32,000 nt of DNA from Methanococcus maripaludis (GCF_002945325.1 NZ_CP026606.1:1470001-1502000), one strand, 5' to 3'; numbered from the stretch's first letter, positions 20,846 to 30,164 are shown. A program made the numbers and translations. Notes: a model not told the origin generated them from the letters alone.

Positions 20846-21910
20846 TTAATATTCTAAATTTGAGTCTCTGTCCGTTTTTTCGTAGATTCCAAGGAGTTTT
20901 GCAAACTTTTCAATCTCTTTTTTCTCAATTTTTACATTTTCGTGAGACTTTTTCAAAATGTAAGGATAGCCTGAAACAGATATTTTTTGAATATTTGAAA
21001 AGAAATCTTCGTCTAATTCTTCAAAAGATGTGATACAAAGCGTTCCATTATTGTTATCAAGTTTTAAAAATTGGTAGTTCAATTTTTTAAGGTCAATTCC
21101 AAATTTTTTAAAGTATTCAACGTTTTTGTAGAAATTTTTATTTATTTTTTCGTCAACGAGATCGAGTGGTTTTGAATATCCTGAATTTTTGCATCTTGAA
21201 AATATTGCAAGGTCGGGAATGAGTGCATCTTTGAAATAAATATTCATTTTTGAAGTTTTTGCAACACCTACAATTTTTTCACGATATTTTAAAATTTCAG
21301 ATAATAATATTAAATATTCAAGCTGTTCGAGTATAATTTTTTCCTCTTCACTAAATTTTGAATTATTTGAAATTTCAACGCTCGAGTTAATGTTTTTAGA
21401 GTCGATTTCTTCAAAAATCTTATTTTTTAATTCTTCTCCATAAAGTTCATAATATTTGAAAATACTATTTTCTAAACTTTCCCCGTTAATTGAAATCTTG
21501 TTGTTTGTTTGAATTAACAGGGAATATAGTGAGCCATCGTAGAGATAGTAGTCAATATCTTCATTTTTTAAATTCCACAATGCAATCTTTAATTCCATAT
21601 TGAGCATGTAAAGACTTAATCTGCTCTGAACGTACCTGTAGGGTAAAATTATATTCGAATCCCACGAAGAAACCGATTTTTCTACTTTTCCGCCGGTTTT
21701 TTGAATATATGAAACAGCACCTGAAATGTAGAGGCAGTAATTTATATAATCGATTTTATTGAAACTTCCATCCCCTCCTGCAAAAACTGCGTTAGAATGG
21801 TTATTAAAATCGCAATTATTCCAGTAACTTTTATAATCAAAGTTAAAATCGATATTTTTTATTTTAGAACATATTTCCTCCTTTTTAGAGAGGAGTTTTG
21901 AATAGTCCAT
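20846..21910 (-). CDS. NurA-like nuclease domain protein (putative 5'-3' exo/endonuclease)
   Basis: ORF track uses the GTG at 21919, which lies inside AGGTG. The ATG at 21910 is 6 nt downstream of that RBS. Motifs AGGDGS (N-terminal acidic DGS), YLYDGSLYSLL and GYPYILKKSHE match my recollection of NurA catalytic motifs. Not confirmed by an HMM search. Confidence 0.5.
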   Translation of the reverse strand: MDYSKLLSKKEEICSKIKNIDFNFDYKSYWNNCDFNNHSNAVFAGGDGSFNKIDYINYCLYISGAVSYIQKTGGKVEKSVSSWDSNIILPYRYVQSRLSLYMLNMELKIALWNLKNEDIDYYLYDGSLYSLLIQTNNKISINGESLENSIFKYYELYGEELKNKIFEEIDSKNINSSVEISNNSKFSEEEKIILEQLEYLILLSEILKYREKIVGVAKTSKMNIYFKDALIPDLAIFSRCKNSGYSKPLDLVDEKINKNFYKNVEYFKKFGIDLKKLNYQFLKLDNNNGTLCITSFEELDEDFFSNIQKISVSGYPYILKKSHENVKIEKKEIEKFAKLLGIYEKTDRDSNLEY

Positions 21911-21946
21911 AAAATACACCTGAATGTTAAAAAAATAATAAAAAAG

Positions 21947-23179
21947 TTATAATATTATTCCGTATCCGATCAATCTCCATCTTGATCCGATTTTTCTGCT
22001 TATTGCAACTCTGTCGCCCTTATCAGCACATACTGGTAATTTTAATTTAATTTCTGCTCTATCGGGTCTTGCAGAAACTGTTACTCCAACTGTTGTTGAG
22101 GTTCCTACATTTAACATCAAAACTTCGTTTGTTTTTAATGGTTCGATCACGAGTTCATCTTGGGATCCGACGACTCTTTCAAGAAGTTGTGGTTCTATTT
22201 CCATCTTTTCTAATGTTTCAGGAAGTGTTCCAGGAATTCCTGCTAAACTACCGCTTAGTGCATCAGATTTTGTCAAGTTTGGATCAAGTTCAGTTCCAAC
22301 ACCAATTAGCCCACCAGGGTATGCGGTTTTCAATTTTTTACTGCCAACACCCAATGATATAATTTTAGTTATTATTGGAACCCAGTGAGTTTTGTTTCCT
22401 TCGGTTACTTTGATACCAGGTTTTATTTCAAGTTCGTCCCCAACTTTTAAGGCACCTTGGATGATACTTCCCCCGATAACGCCACCTTTTAAGTCTTTTA
22501 TTTCAGAACCCGGTTTATTTACGTCAAAACTTCTTGCAACATATAATTTTGGATTTACTGTTTCGTCTCTTTCAGGGGTAGGGATAAAGTCCTGAATTGC
22601 TTTTAAAAGCACATCTAAATTTGCACCGTGGTGTGCTGAAACAGGGATGATTGGAGCATTTTCTGCAACTGTTCCTTTTGTAAATTCTTTAATTTGGTTG
22701 TAGTTTTCAACCGCAGCTTCTTCAGATACGAGGTCGATTTTATTTTGAACTATAATTATCTTTTCAACACCAAGTGCATCAAGTGCCATCAAGTGCTCTT
22801 TTGTTTGAGGTTGCGGACATTCTTCGCTTGCGGCAATAACTAAAATTGCACCATCCATAAGTGAAGCTCCTGAAAGCATGGTAGCCATCAGTGTTTCGTG
22901 TCCTGGAGCATCAACAAATGATATTTTTCTAAGTGTCTGTAATTTGCCACCACAAGAGTCGCATTTTTTACCGACAGTATAGCATTCTGGTTCATCGCAT
23001 GTTTCGCATTTTTTTATTTCACAGTCTGCATACCCGAGTCTTATTGAAATTCCTCTTTTAAGCTCTTCACTGTGTGTGTCAGTCCATACTCCTGTTAATT
23101 TCCTTGTTAAACTCGTTTTTCCGTGGTCTACGTGACCTACCATTCCGATATTAACTTCTGATTGGTTGGATGCTGCCAT
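21947..23179 (-). CDS. eif2g: Translation initiation factor aIF2 gamma subunit
   Basis: GTPase G1 [15 protein letters not shown], and NKID. Zinc knuckle CETCDEPEC...CDSCGG. 410 aa. GAGGGA RBS. Confidence 0.95.
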   Translation of the reverse strand: MAASNQSEVNIGMVGHVDHGKTSLTRKLTGVWTDTHSEELKRGISIRLGYADCEIKKCETCDEPECYTVGKKCDSCGGKLQTLRKISFVDAPGHETLMATMLSGASLMDGAILVIAASEECPQPQTKEHLMALDALGVEKIIIVQNKIDLVSEEAAVENYNQIKEFTKGTVAENAPIIPVSAHHGANLDVLLKAIQDFIPTPERDETVNPKLYVARSFDVNKPGSEIKDLKGGVIGGSIIQGALKVGDELEIKPGIKVTEGNKTHWVPIITKIISLGVGSKKLKTAYPGGLIGVGTELDPNLTKSDALSGSLAGIPGTLPETLEKMEIEPQLLERVVGSQDELVIEPLKTNEVLMLNVGTSTTVGVTVSARPDRAEIKLKLPVCADKGDRVAISRKIGSRWRLIGYGIIL

Positions 23180-23340
23180 TTTATCCCTCGCACAATTTTT
23201 TAGTTTTTTAAATTACAAGAATACTTGAAAATCCATATAAAAATGACGTTAAAACTATAATCACTTTATGGCTAATACTTTATATAGATATATAATCTTT
23301 AAAAAAGCCTGACCAATTAAAAGAGAAAAAAAGAGTTAAT

Positions 23341-23715
23341 TTATTCGGTACTTTCAGGTTCTCCACCGAGAGGTGCTGAACCGTATTCCACAACTTTTGT
23401 GTTGATTAATGTAATATCTTTTGAGATTGTGTTTCCTCTTAAGCTTTTTCTTCTTCTAAGACCTTTTTCTTTAACGTTGTATCCTGGTCCTTCTTTTAAG
23501 AGTACTCTCATTTTCATAGCGCCGTGAATGTCGTGTCTCATTGCAAATCCACATCTGTCGGATCCGCCTGTGATTTTTAATTTGTAGCCTTCTAATTCAA
23601 CAATTGAACCGCTGATTTCATCACCGATTTTTTTACCGATAAGTGCATTGGATTCTGTTTCGAATTGGTATGATTTTCCTGTTTTAGAATCTGATACAAC
23701 AACTTTAAAAGCCAT
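23341..23715 (-). CDS. rps6e: 30S ribosomal protein S6e
   Basis: ORF track runs to 23754. The ATG at 23715 (MAFKVVVSDSKTGKSYQ) follows GAGGT. GYKLKITGGSDRCGFPM-like core and RRRKSLRG are typical of S6e. Confidence 0.9.
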   Translation of the reverse strand: MAFKVVVSDSKTGKSYQFETESNALIGKKIGDEISGSIVELEGYKLKITGGSDRCGFAMRHDIHGAMKMRVLLKEGPGYNVKEKGLRRRKSLRGNTISKDITLINTKVVEYGSAPLGGEPESTE

Positions 23716-23925
23716 GATATTACCTCGTTTTTGTTTCAATATACCTTGTTTCAAATCGTTCGCGAAAAAGCTCTAAAAATTTATTTTTCCAAAAATTTTC
23801 CTAAATTCCCGTCTTTGTTCTATTACTAACTTATTACTTTTATAGTTTTTGGCAAAAAGCAACAGCGATTAGAATCGACAGAATTTGGGGTAAACATTAC
23901 AATAAAAATATTTAAAAAAAGGTAA

Positions 23926-25272
23926 TTAGATTTTTAAGTATTGTTTTGTTTCCCAGTCTGTAACTGCGGTTCTGAATGAATCCCATTCAGCGTTTTTAAT
24001 TTCAATGAAGTTTTCAAAGATGTGTTTTCCTAAGGCATCTTTTAATACTGAGTTGTTTTCTAACTCGTCAAGCGCAGCTTTTAAGTTTGCAGGAACTGAT
24101 TCGATTCCTTCAGCTTTTTTCTGAGCTTCACTCATTGCAAAGATGTTCTTTTCAACAGGTTCTATTGCACTTAATTTTCTTTTTACACCATCTAAACCTG
24201 CTGCAAGCATTACTGTGAATGCTAAGTATGGGTTGCATGCTGGGTCAGGTGCTCTGAATTCGATTCTTGTTCCTTTTCCTCTTGGAGCTGGAACTCTAAC
24301 AATTGCACTTCTGTTTGAATTTGCCCATGCAATGTTTACAGGTGCTTCGTATCCTGGAACTAATCTTTTGTATGAGTTTACTGTTGGGTTTGTAACAGCA
24401 ACAATTGATTTTGCATGGTCTAAAATACCTGCAACATAGCTCATACAGGTTTCACTTAATTGGTATTGTGCGCTTTCATCGTAGAATGATGGTTCACCGT
24501 TTAACCAGATACTCTGGTGGCAGTGCATACCGCTTCCGTTGATTCCGAAGAATGGTTTTGGCATGAATGTAGCTTTTAAACCGTCTTTTGCAGCGAGTGT
24601 TTTGATTGTAGTTTTGAAAGTTACAACGCTATCTGCAGTTTTTACTGCGTCTGCGAATTTAAAGTCAACTTCGTGCTGACCTTCTGCAACTTCGTGGTGG
24701 CTTGCTTCTACGTGGAAACCTAAGTTTTCAAGAGCGAATACGATTTTTCTTCTGATATCGCATCCACCATCAAGAGGTTCTAAGTCGAAGTATCCTGCAT
24801 CGTCTGCTGGAACCCATGAACCGCATGCATCTTCTTTTAAGATGAAAAATTCTGGTTCAGGACCTACGAAGAATTCTCCACCGAGTTCTTCATCGAACTT
24901 AGCTAAAACTCTTTTTAAGCATCCTCTTGGATCTCCTTCGAATGGTTTTCCGTTTGTAGTGTATACATCACAGATAACTCTTGCGACGGATTTTTCAGTT
25001 GGTCTCCATGGGAGTACTGAGAGTGTTTTTAAGTCTGGTTTTAACATCATGTCGGAACTTTCAATTGAAACAAATCCTTCAATTGATGAACCATCGAAGT
25101 ATACTCCTTTTTCTAATACGTCGTATAATTCTTCCTCACCAGCAGCACCTGCTTTTACAGGGTAAGCGATGTTTTTTGGCTCCCCGTGAATGTCTACAAA
25201 CTGGAATCTTATGAATTTAACGTTGTTCGTTTTAATGTATTCCATAGCCTGTTCAACAGCATTCATATTCAT
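23926..25272 (-). CDS. glnA: Glutamine synthetase type I
   Basis: Full-length GS-I motifs (FDGSSIEGF, GSGMHCHQS, NSYKRLVPGYEAP, SNRSAIVRVP). GGAGG abuts the ATG at 25272, so the second ATG at 25266 (7 nt spacing) may be the real start. Confidence 0.97.
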   Translation of the reverse strand: MNMNAVEQAMEYIKTNNVKFIRFQFVDIHGEPKNIAYPVKAGAAGEEELYDVLEKGVYFDGSSIEGFVSIESSDMMLKPDLKTLSVLPWRPTEKSVARVICDVYTTNGKPFEGDPRGCLKRVLAKFDEELGGEFFVGPEPEFFILKEDACGSWVPADDAGYFDLEPLDGGCDIRRKIVFALENLGFHVEASHHEVAEGQHEVDFKFADAVKTADSVVTFKTTIKTLAAKDGLKATFMPKPFFGINGSGMHCHQSIWLNGEPSFYDESAQYQLSETCMSYVAGILDHAKSIVAVTNPTVNSYKRLVPGYEAPVNIAWANSNRSAIVRVPAPRGKGTRIEFRAPDPACNPYLAFTVMLAAGLDGVKRKLSAIEPVEKNIFAMSEAQKKAEGIESVPANLKAALDELENNSVLKDALGKHIFENFIEIKNAEWDSFRTAVTDWETKQYLKI

Positions 25273-25295
25273 GCCTCCGAAATCATTACTATATA

Positions 25296-25309
25296 GGAAA
25301 TAGCTTTCC
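25296..25309. promoter_or_regulatory. NrpR-type nitrogen operator GGAA-N6-TTCC in the glnA promoter
   Basis: The exact palindrome GGAAATAGCTTTCC lies between a TATA-like element and the glnA RBS. It matches the published Methanococcus maripaludis nif/glnA operator consensus GGAAN6TTCC. Confidence 0.8.
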
Positions 25310-25316
25310 GCTTTTT

Positions 25317-25331
25317 CAATATATATATTTT
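25317..25331 (-). promoter_or_regulatory. TATA box of the glnA promoter
   Basis: The minus strand reads aaaatatatatattg, about 45-60 nt upstream of the glnA start. The operator begins about 10 nt downstream of it, overlapping the expected transcription start. Confidence 0.6.
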
Positions 25332-25445
25332 GCGGTACGTAAATGTATCTAAATCAATATTTATTAATATCTATTAGCCATAATTCAGGTATTGCTAATC
25401 ATATAAAGTATTTAATTCAATATTAATATTATATTCGGTGATTTA

Positions 25446-26735
25446 ATGCTGGTAGTGAAAAAAACCCCCCACATAAAAGGAATTTTAAGCGCTCCTCCAT
25501 CAAAATCTTATACGCACAGGGCAGTTATCTGTGCATCACTTGCAAACGGATTATCTAATTTAAAAAATCCGTTAAATGGTGCAGATTGTTTATCTTCTGC
25601 GCATGCATGTGAAATGTTTGGTGCTGAAATTGAATTGGGAAATGAAAAATGGATAGTTAGGGGTTCAGAATTAAAAACACCTGATAATATTGTCGATATT
25701 GGAAACAGCGGAACTACTTTACGGATATTAACTGGAATTTCTTCTCAAATTTCAAATGGATATACTGTACTTACTGGCGATGATTCAATCAGGAAACGGC
25801 CAATGCAGCCACTTTTGGATGCATTAAAACAGCTTGGACTGATATGTTTTTCAACAAAAAATAATGGAACAGCTCCAATTGTTGTAAAATCTGGAAAAAT
25901 TAGCAGTAATGTTGTTGAAATAAGGGGCGATATGAGTTCACAGTTTATAACGTCGCTCATGATGACACTACCATTTAGTGAAGACGATTCTGAAATTATA
26001 TTAACCACCCCATTAAAGTCTGAACCGTATTTAAACATTACAATAGATGTTTTAGATAAATTCGGGGTAAAAATCGAGAAAATCGAAGAAAAAAATAAAT
26101 CAGGATATAAAATCAAAGGAAATCAGAAATATTTGCCTTGTGATTATACAATTGAAGGAGATTATTCTTCTGCATCATACCTTGTTGCGGCAGGAGTTTT
26201 ATTAAATTCGGATATTGTAATTAAAAATGTATTCAAAGATTCAAAGCAAGGAGATCGGGAAATTATTGAAATAGTTAAGAAAATGGGTGCAGATGTAGAA
26301 ATAAACGAAGACAATGTTAAAATTACAGGCCCTTATGAATTGAACGGAATAGAAATTGATGTAACAGATATTCCAGATTTAGTTCCCACCATTGCAGTTT
26401 TAGGATGTTTTGCAAAAGGAAAAACCGTAGTTTACAATGGGGAACATGTAAGACTCAAAGAATGCGATAGGCTTGCAGCATGCACCACTGAACTTTCAAA
26501 AATGGGTGCAAGAATTGAAGAGAAAAAAGATGGGCTTACAATTACGGGTGTTCACAAATTAAACGGTGCAAAGCTTAAAACCTATCATGACCATAGACTC
26601 GTAATGGCATTTACAATTGCAGGGATGCTTGCTGATGGGGATACAATAATCGAAGGCGAAGATTCAGTTAAAATATCATTTCCCGATTTTGTAGATAAAA
26701 TGAAATCAATTGGAAGCAATATTGAAGTAATTTAA
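25446..26735 (+). CDS. aroA: 3-phosphoshikimate 1-carboxyvinyltransferase (EPSP synthase)
   Basis: PPSKSYTHRA, GNSGTTLRILTG, and the RLKECDR / HDHRLVMAF motifs. GGTGA RBS. 429 aa. Confidence 0.93.
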   Translation: MLVVKKTPHIKGILSAPPSKSYTHRAVICASLANGLSNLKNPLNGADCLSSAHACEMFGAEIELGNEKWIVRGSELKTPDNIVDIGNSGTTLRILTGISSQISNGYTVLTGDDSIRKRPMQPLLDALKQLGLICFSTKNNGTAPIVVKSGKISSNVVEIRGDMSSQFITSLMMTLPFSEDDSEIILTTPLKSEPYLNITIDVLDKFGVKIEKIEEKNKSGYKIKGNQKYLPCDYTIEGDYSSASYLVAAGVLLNSDIVIKNVFKDSKQGDREIIEIVKKMGADVEINEDNVKITGPYELNGIEIDVTDIPDLVPTIAVLGCFAKGKTVVYNGEHVRLKECDRLAACTTELSKMGARIEEKKDGLTITGVHKLNGAKLKTYHDHRLVMAFTIAGMLADGDTIIEGEDSVKISFPDFVDKMKSIGSNIEVI

Positions 26736-26797
26736 TTATTTTATAAAATTTTTTTAGTATATTATTTAATTAGTTAATCTAAAAAGAGCGGGTTTTT

Positions 26798-27817
26798 ATG
26801 GATAAGTTTCAAGAATTTTTAGAATATTTAAAAGAAAACGACATAAAAAAGGCAGTTATTACAAAAAAAGAGAATATAAACTATTTTTTAGAAAAGTATC
26901 CTCCAAATTTTTCAATGCTTATTTTTGATACTAGAAAAGATACTGCAACTTTACAGGTATCAAAACTTGATTTTGAAATGGCAAAAGGATACAAAAATAA
27001 AAATCTTGATATTGAACTTTATGAAAATTTTGAAAGTACGTTAAAAGACTGTAATGGAATTGAAGACTCCATTCCAATACGTTTTTTAAAATTTGTTAAA
27101 GATTACAAGTTAATTTCTAAAAAAATCGAGGAAATGCGTGAAATTAAAACGAAAACAGAAATTGAAAATATTAAAAAAGCTGCAAAAATAAGCGACGATG
27201 CAATTGAATATGCTACTAATTTGGCACTTGAAAATGATAATTTAACGGAAAACCAAGTTGCAGCTGAAATCGAATATTTTATGAAGAAAAATGGAAGTAT
27301 TAGACCTTCGTTTGACACAATAGCAATATCTGACAAAAAGACGAGGCTTCCACATGGAATGCCTTCAAACGATGTAGTAAAAAACATACTTTTAATGGAT
27401 ATCGGAGCACTTTATGAAGGCTACTGTTCAGATATTACAAGAACAGTAATTTTAAATGAAAATATCAAAAATTATTCTGAAATTTATAATATCGTAAATT
27501 CTGCGAAAAAAGAAGCAGAAAAAAATTTAAAAGCCGGAATTTCTGTAAAAGAACTCGATTTAATTGCAAGAGAACATATGGGCGAATTTAAAGATTATTT
27601 CATACATTCTTTAGGACACGGAGTTGGCGTTGAAATTCACGAAAACCCTGCAATTTCTTCAAAAATAAAAGAAGACGTTATATTAAAAGAAGGAATGGTT
27701 GTTACGATTGAACCTGGAATTTATATGGATGAATTTGGGGTTAGAATTGAAGACCTTTATCTTGTAAAAAACAATGGCTTTGAAAAACTCAGCAATGCAA
27801 AAATTTTAGAATATTAA
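26798..27817 (+). CDS. M24-family Xaa-Pro dipeptidase/aminopeptidase
   Basis: Pita-bread fold metal ligands in LMDIGALYEGYCSDITRT, HSLGHGVGVEIHE, VTIEPGIY and RIEDLYLV. 339 aa. Confidence 0.85.
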   Translation: MDKFQEFLEYLKENDIKKAVITKKENINYFLEKYPPNFSMLIFDTRKDTATLQVSKLDFEMAKGYKNKNLDIELYENFESTLKDCNGIEDSIPIRFLKFVKDYKLISKKIEEMREIKTKTEIENIKKAAKISDDAIEYATNLALENDNLTENQVAAEIEYFMKKNGSIRPSFDTIAISDKKTRLPHGMPSNDVVKNILLMDIGALYEGYCSDITRTVILNENIKNYSEIYNIVNSAKKEAEKNLKAGISVKELDLIAREHMGEFKDYFIHSLGHGVGVEIHENPAISSKIKEDVILKEGMVVTIEPGIYMDEFGVRIEDLYLVKNNGFEKLSNAKILEY

Positions 27818-27856
27818 CTTACATTTGTATTTTATGATTATTATTTTGTGATTTGT

Positions 27857-28954
27857 ATGGGCAAGATTGATTTTAGATTCGAAAAGACGTTTGGATACAC
27901 TACTGGTGCATGTGCGGCAGCAGGGGCATTTTCTGCACTCTATTTTTTAAAAAATAATGAAAAGTTGAATTTTGTTGAAATTTTAAATTTAAAAGGCGAT
28001 TCTTTAATTATTCCAATTAAAAACATTGAAAAGTTGGGAAATACTGCAATTTCAACCGTTGAGAAGTTTTCAGGGGAAGACATCGATATTACAAATGGAA
28101 TGGATATTAAAATAGATGTTACTCTTGAAAAGTTTGATAACAACTCTCCAAAACCAAGCAATATAAAAATTATCGGGGGAATTGGTGTTGGAATTGTTAC
28201 AAAATCAGGTTTACAGGTAAAACCTGGGGAACCTGCAATAAACCCAAAACCAAGAGAAATGATTGAAAATAATTTACAATCACTTTTAAAAAATGACGAA
28301 TGTGTAACTGTAAAAATTTCAGTTCCAAATGGGGATGAAATTGCTAAAAAAACACTGAATCCAAAACTTGGGATAATTGGCGGAATTTCAATTCTCGGAA
28401 CCACTGGAATCGTTCGTCCGATGTCAAATGATGCTTACAAAGAGTCCCTTGCACCCCAAATTGATGTAGCTTTAGCAAATAATTTTAAAAATTTGATATT
28501 TGTTCCAGGAAATATTGGAACAAAGCATGCTAAAATTTTATTAGATGCGAAAGAAGACCAAATTATCGAAGTTTCAAATTTTTGGGATTACATGCTTGAT
28601 AAAGCAGAAGAAAAAGGTGTTAAAGATATAACTGTCTTCGGGCACGCTGGAAAAATTGTAAAGCTTGCAGGAGGAATTTTTGACACCCATTCAAGGGTTG
28701 CGGATGCAAGAAACGAGATAATTTGTGCTTATACTTCATTAGTATCGCAAGACGTAGAATTGTTTCAAAAAATACTTTATTCAAATACAACTGAAGATAT
28801 AGTTGAAATTTTGACTGAAAAAGGTATTTTAACAGAAGTTTTTGATAAAGTTTCAAAAAGGGTAGTTGAAAGACTTTCTTTAAGGTGGGAAGGAATTAAT
28901 TTTTCATGTATTATAATTGATATGAAAGGGAATGTACTTGGAAAATCTGATTAG
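27857..28954 (+). CDS. cbiD: Cobalt-precorrin-5B (C1)-methyltransferase CbiD
   Basis: ORF track uses the GTG at 27848, but the ATG at 27857 (MGKIDFRF) is more likely. GYTTGACAAAGA, GISILGTTGIVRPMS and HAGKIVKLAGGIFDTHS are typical CbiD motifs. Confidence 0.9.
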   Translation: MGKIDFRFEKTFGYTTGACAAAGAFSALYFLKNNEKLNFVEILNLKGDSLIIPIKNIEKLGNTAISTVEKFSGEDIDITNGMDIKIDVTLEKFDNNSPKPSNIKIIGGIGVGIVTKSGLQVKPGEPAINPKPREMIENNLQSLLKNDECVTVKISVPNGDEIAKKTLNPKLGIIGGISILGTTGIVRPMSNDAYKESLAPQIDVALANNFKNLIFVPGNIGTKHAKILLDAKEDQIIEVSNFWDYMLDKAEEKGVKDITVFGHAGKIVKLAGGIFDTHSRVADARNEIICAYTSLVSQDVELFQKILYSNTTEDIVEILTEKGILTEVFDKVSKRVVERLSLRWEGINFSCIIIDMKGNVLGKSD

Positions 28955-29345
28955 GGGTGAAATTTTGAGAAATGAATACAAAATTTTTGAAATTGGAATG
29001 TTTAAAAAAGAGGAGGAAAATTCATATTTAGAAATTTACGATGAATTTTTAGATGGAATTGATGGATTAACTGAAAATTCAAAGATCTTGGTTTTTTTAT
29101 GGTTTGATCGGTCCGATAATGAAAGTAAAAGAAGTATTTTAAAGGTTCATCCACGGGGAAATATCAAAAACCCAATACGGGGGGTTTTTTCTACGAGATC
29201 CCCAATGAGGCCAAACCCTATCGCACTTTACACGGTAAATATTGAAAAAATTCTCGGAAATAAAATATATATTGAAGAAATTGATGCATTTTCAGAAACT
29301 CCTTTGATCGATATAAAAAATTATTCAAAAGAACTGGATTTTTGA
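28932..29345 (+). CDS. TsaA/YaeB (TrmO-like) domain protein, short archaeal form
   Basis: The RGVFSTRSPMRPNPIALY and ETPLIDIKNY motifs are typical of the TsaA/TrmO N-terminal domain. The ATG at 28932 overlaps cbiD by 23 nt. An alternative TTG at 28965 follows AGGGGTGA, so the start is uncertain. Confidence 0.7.
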   Translation: MYLENLIRGEILRNEYKIFEIGMFKKEEENSYLEIYDEFLDGIDGLTENSKILVFLWFDRSDNESKRSILKVHPRGNIKNPIRGVFSTRSPMRPNPIALYTVNIEKILGNKIYIEEIDAFSETPLIDIKNYSKELDF

Positions 29346-29354
29346 GGGTTTATT

Positions 29355-29912
29355 ATGAAAAAAACATGTTTTTTAGCCCCAATTTTATTTTTAATTTTTT
29401 CAGGTTGTATTTCAAGCAATAATCAGAATTATGATTCAAAAGATTTCATAGATTCTCACGAACATTTATTTGGAACAGTTACTCGAGTAGTTGATGGAGA
29501 CACGGTCCACGTTGATTCAAACGGAGTTGATTATAATATCAGGCTTTTAGGGGTTGATACTCCAGAAACTTATCAAAAAAATAGTGTTTCAGAATATTAT
29601 CTTGATTATGAAACTCCAATTTCAGATATTGAATATCTGGATTACTGGGGGCATTTGGCAACAAACTATACAAGAGATACGCTCGAAAACAAATCAGTTT
29701 ATGTAGTTTTTGATAAAAAAAGTGAAAAACAGGACAAATACGGAAGATATCTTGCATATATTTATTTAGAAAATGAAAATTTCAATGAAAATCTGATAGA
29801 ATATGGATTTGCAAGAGTATATACAAGCAATTTTGAATTAAAGAATGATTTTTTAGATACTGAAAAAACAGCAAAATCGGGCAGAATCGGCCTTTGGAAT
29901 TACAACAATTAA
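29355..29912 (+). CDS. Staphylococcal-nuclease (thermonuclease) homolog with lipobox signal peptide
   Basis: Signal MKKTCFLAPILFLIFSGCISS. SNase catalytic motifs VVDGDTVHV, IRLLGVDTPET and DKYGRYLAYIY align with DGDT / RLLLVDTPE / YGRGLAYIY of S. aureus nuclease. GAGGG RBS. Begins 9 nt after the preceding gene. Confidence 0.8.
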   Translation: MKKTCFLAPILFLIFSGCISSNNQNYDSKDFIDSHEHLFGTVTRVVDGDTVHVDSNGVDYNIRLLGVDTPETYQKNSVSEYYLDYETPISDIEYLDYWGHLATNYTRDTLENKSVYVVFDKKSEKQDKYGRYLAYIYLENENFNENLIEYGFARVYTSNFELKNDFLDTEKTAKSGRIGLWNYNN

Positions 29913-30011
29913 TATTTTAAAATAGGAATCATTTTTTTAATTTTTTAGCACGATTTCATTTCGAAATCAGTAAATACTTTTAAAAATAAATATCCTCTTT
30001 GGGTGGATATA

Positions 30012-30104
30012 ATGTTAAGATACGACTTAAAGGCAGAATATAAAATAATATCTCTTTTATTATTATCTACGGTTTTTTGTACGATATTATGTATCGTTGG
30101 CTAG
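30012..30104 (+). CDS. Candidate small membrane protein (30 aa): MLRYDLKAEYKIISLLLLSTVFCTILCIVG
   Basis: Not in the ORF track (below its length cutoff). GGGTGGA RBS 5 nt upstream of the ATG. Charged N-terminus followed by one ~18-residue hydrophobic helix. Sits in an otherwise empty 250-nt gap. No homology evidence available. Confidence 0.3.
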   Translation: MLRYDLKAEYKIISLLLLSTVFCTILCIVG

Positions 30105-30164
30105 TTTATTTTATTTTTCAGGCATTTCTATTATTTTTTTAAAAAAGTTTAAAAATAATTTAAT

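Noticed and set aside
23731-23754. A perfect 9-bp direct repeat TTGTTTCAA x2 (15-bp period) in the rps6e leader, just upstream of the RBS. It might be an autoregulatory site.
   Set aside because: My rough estimate for this base composition is that several such short-range 9-mer repeats are expected by chance in 32 kb. No secondary structure or known motif supports a function.
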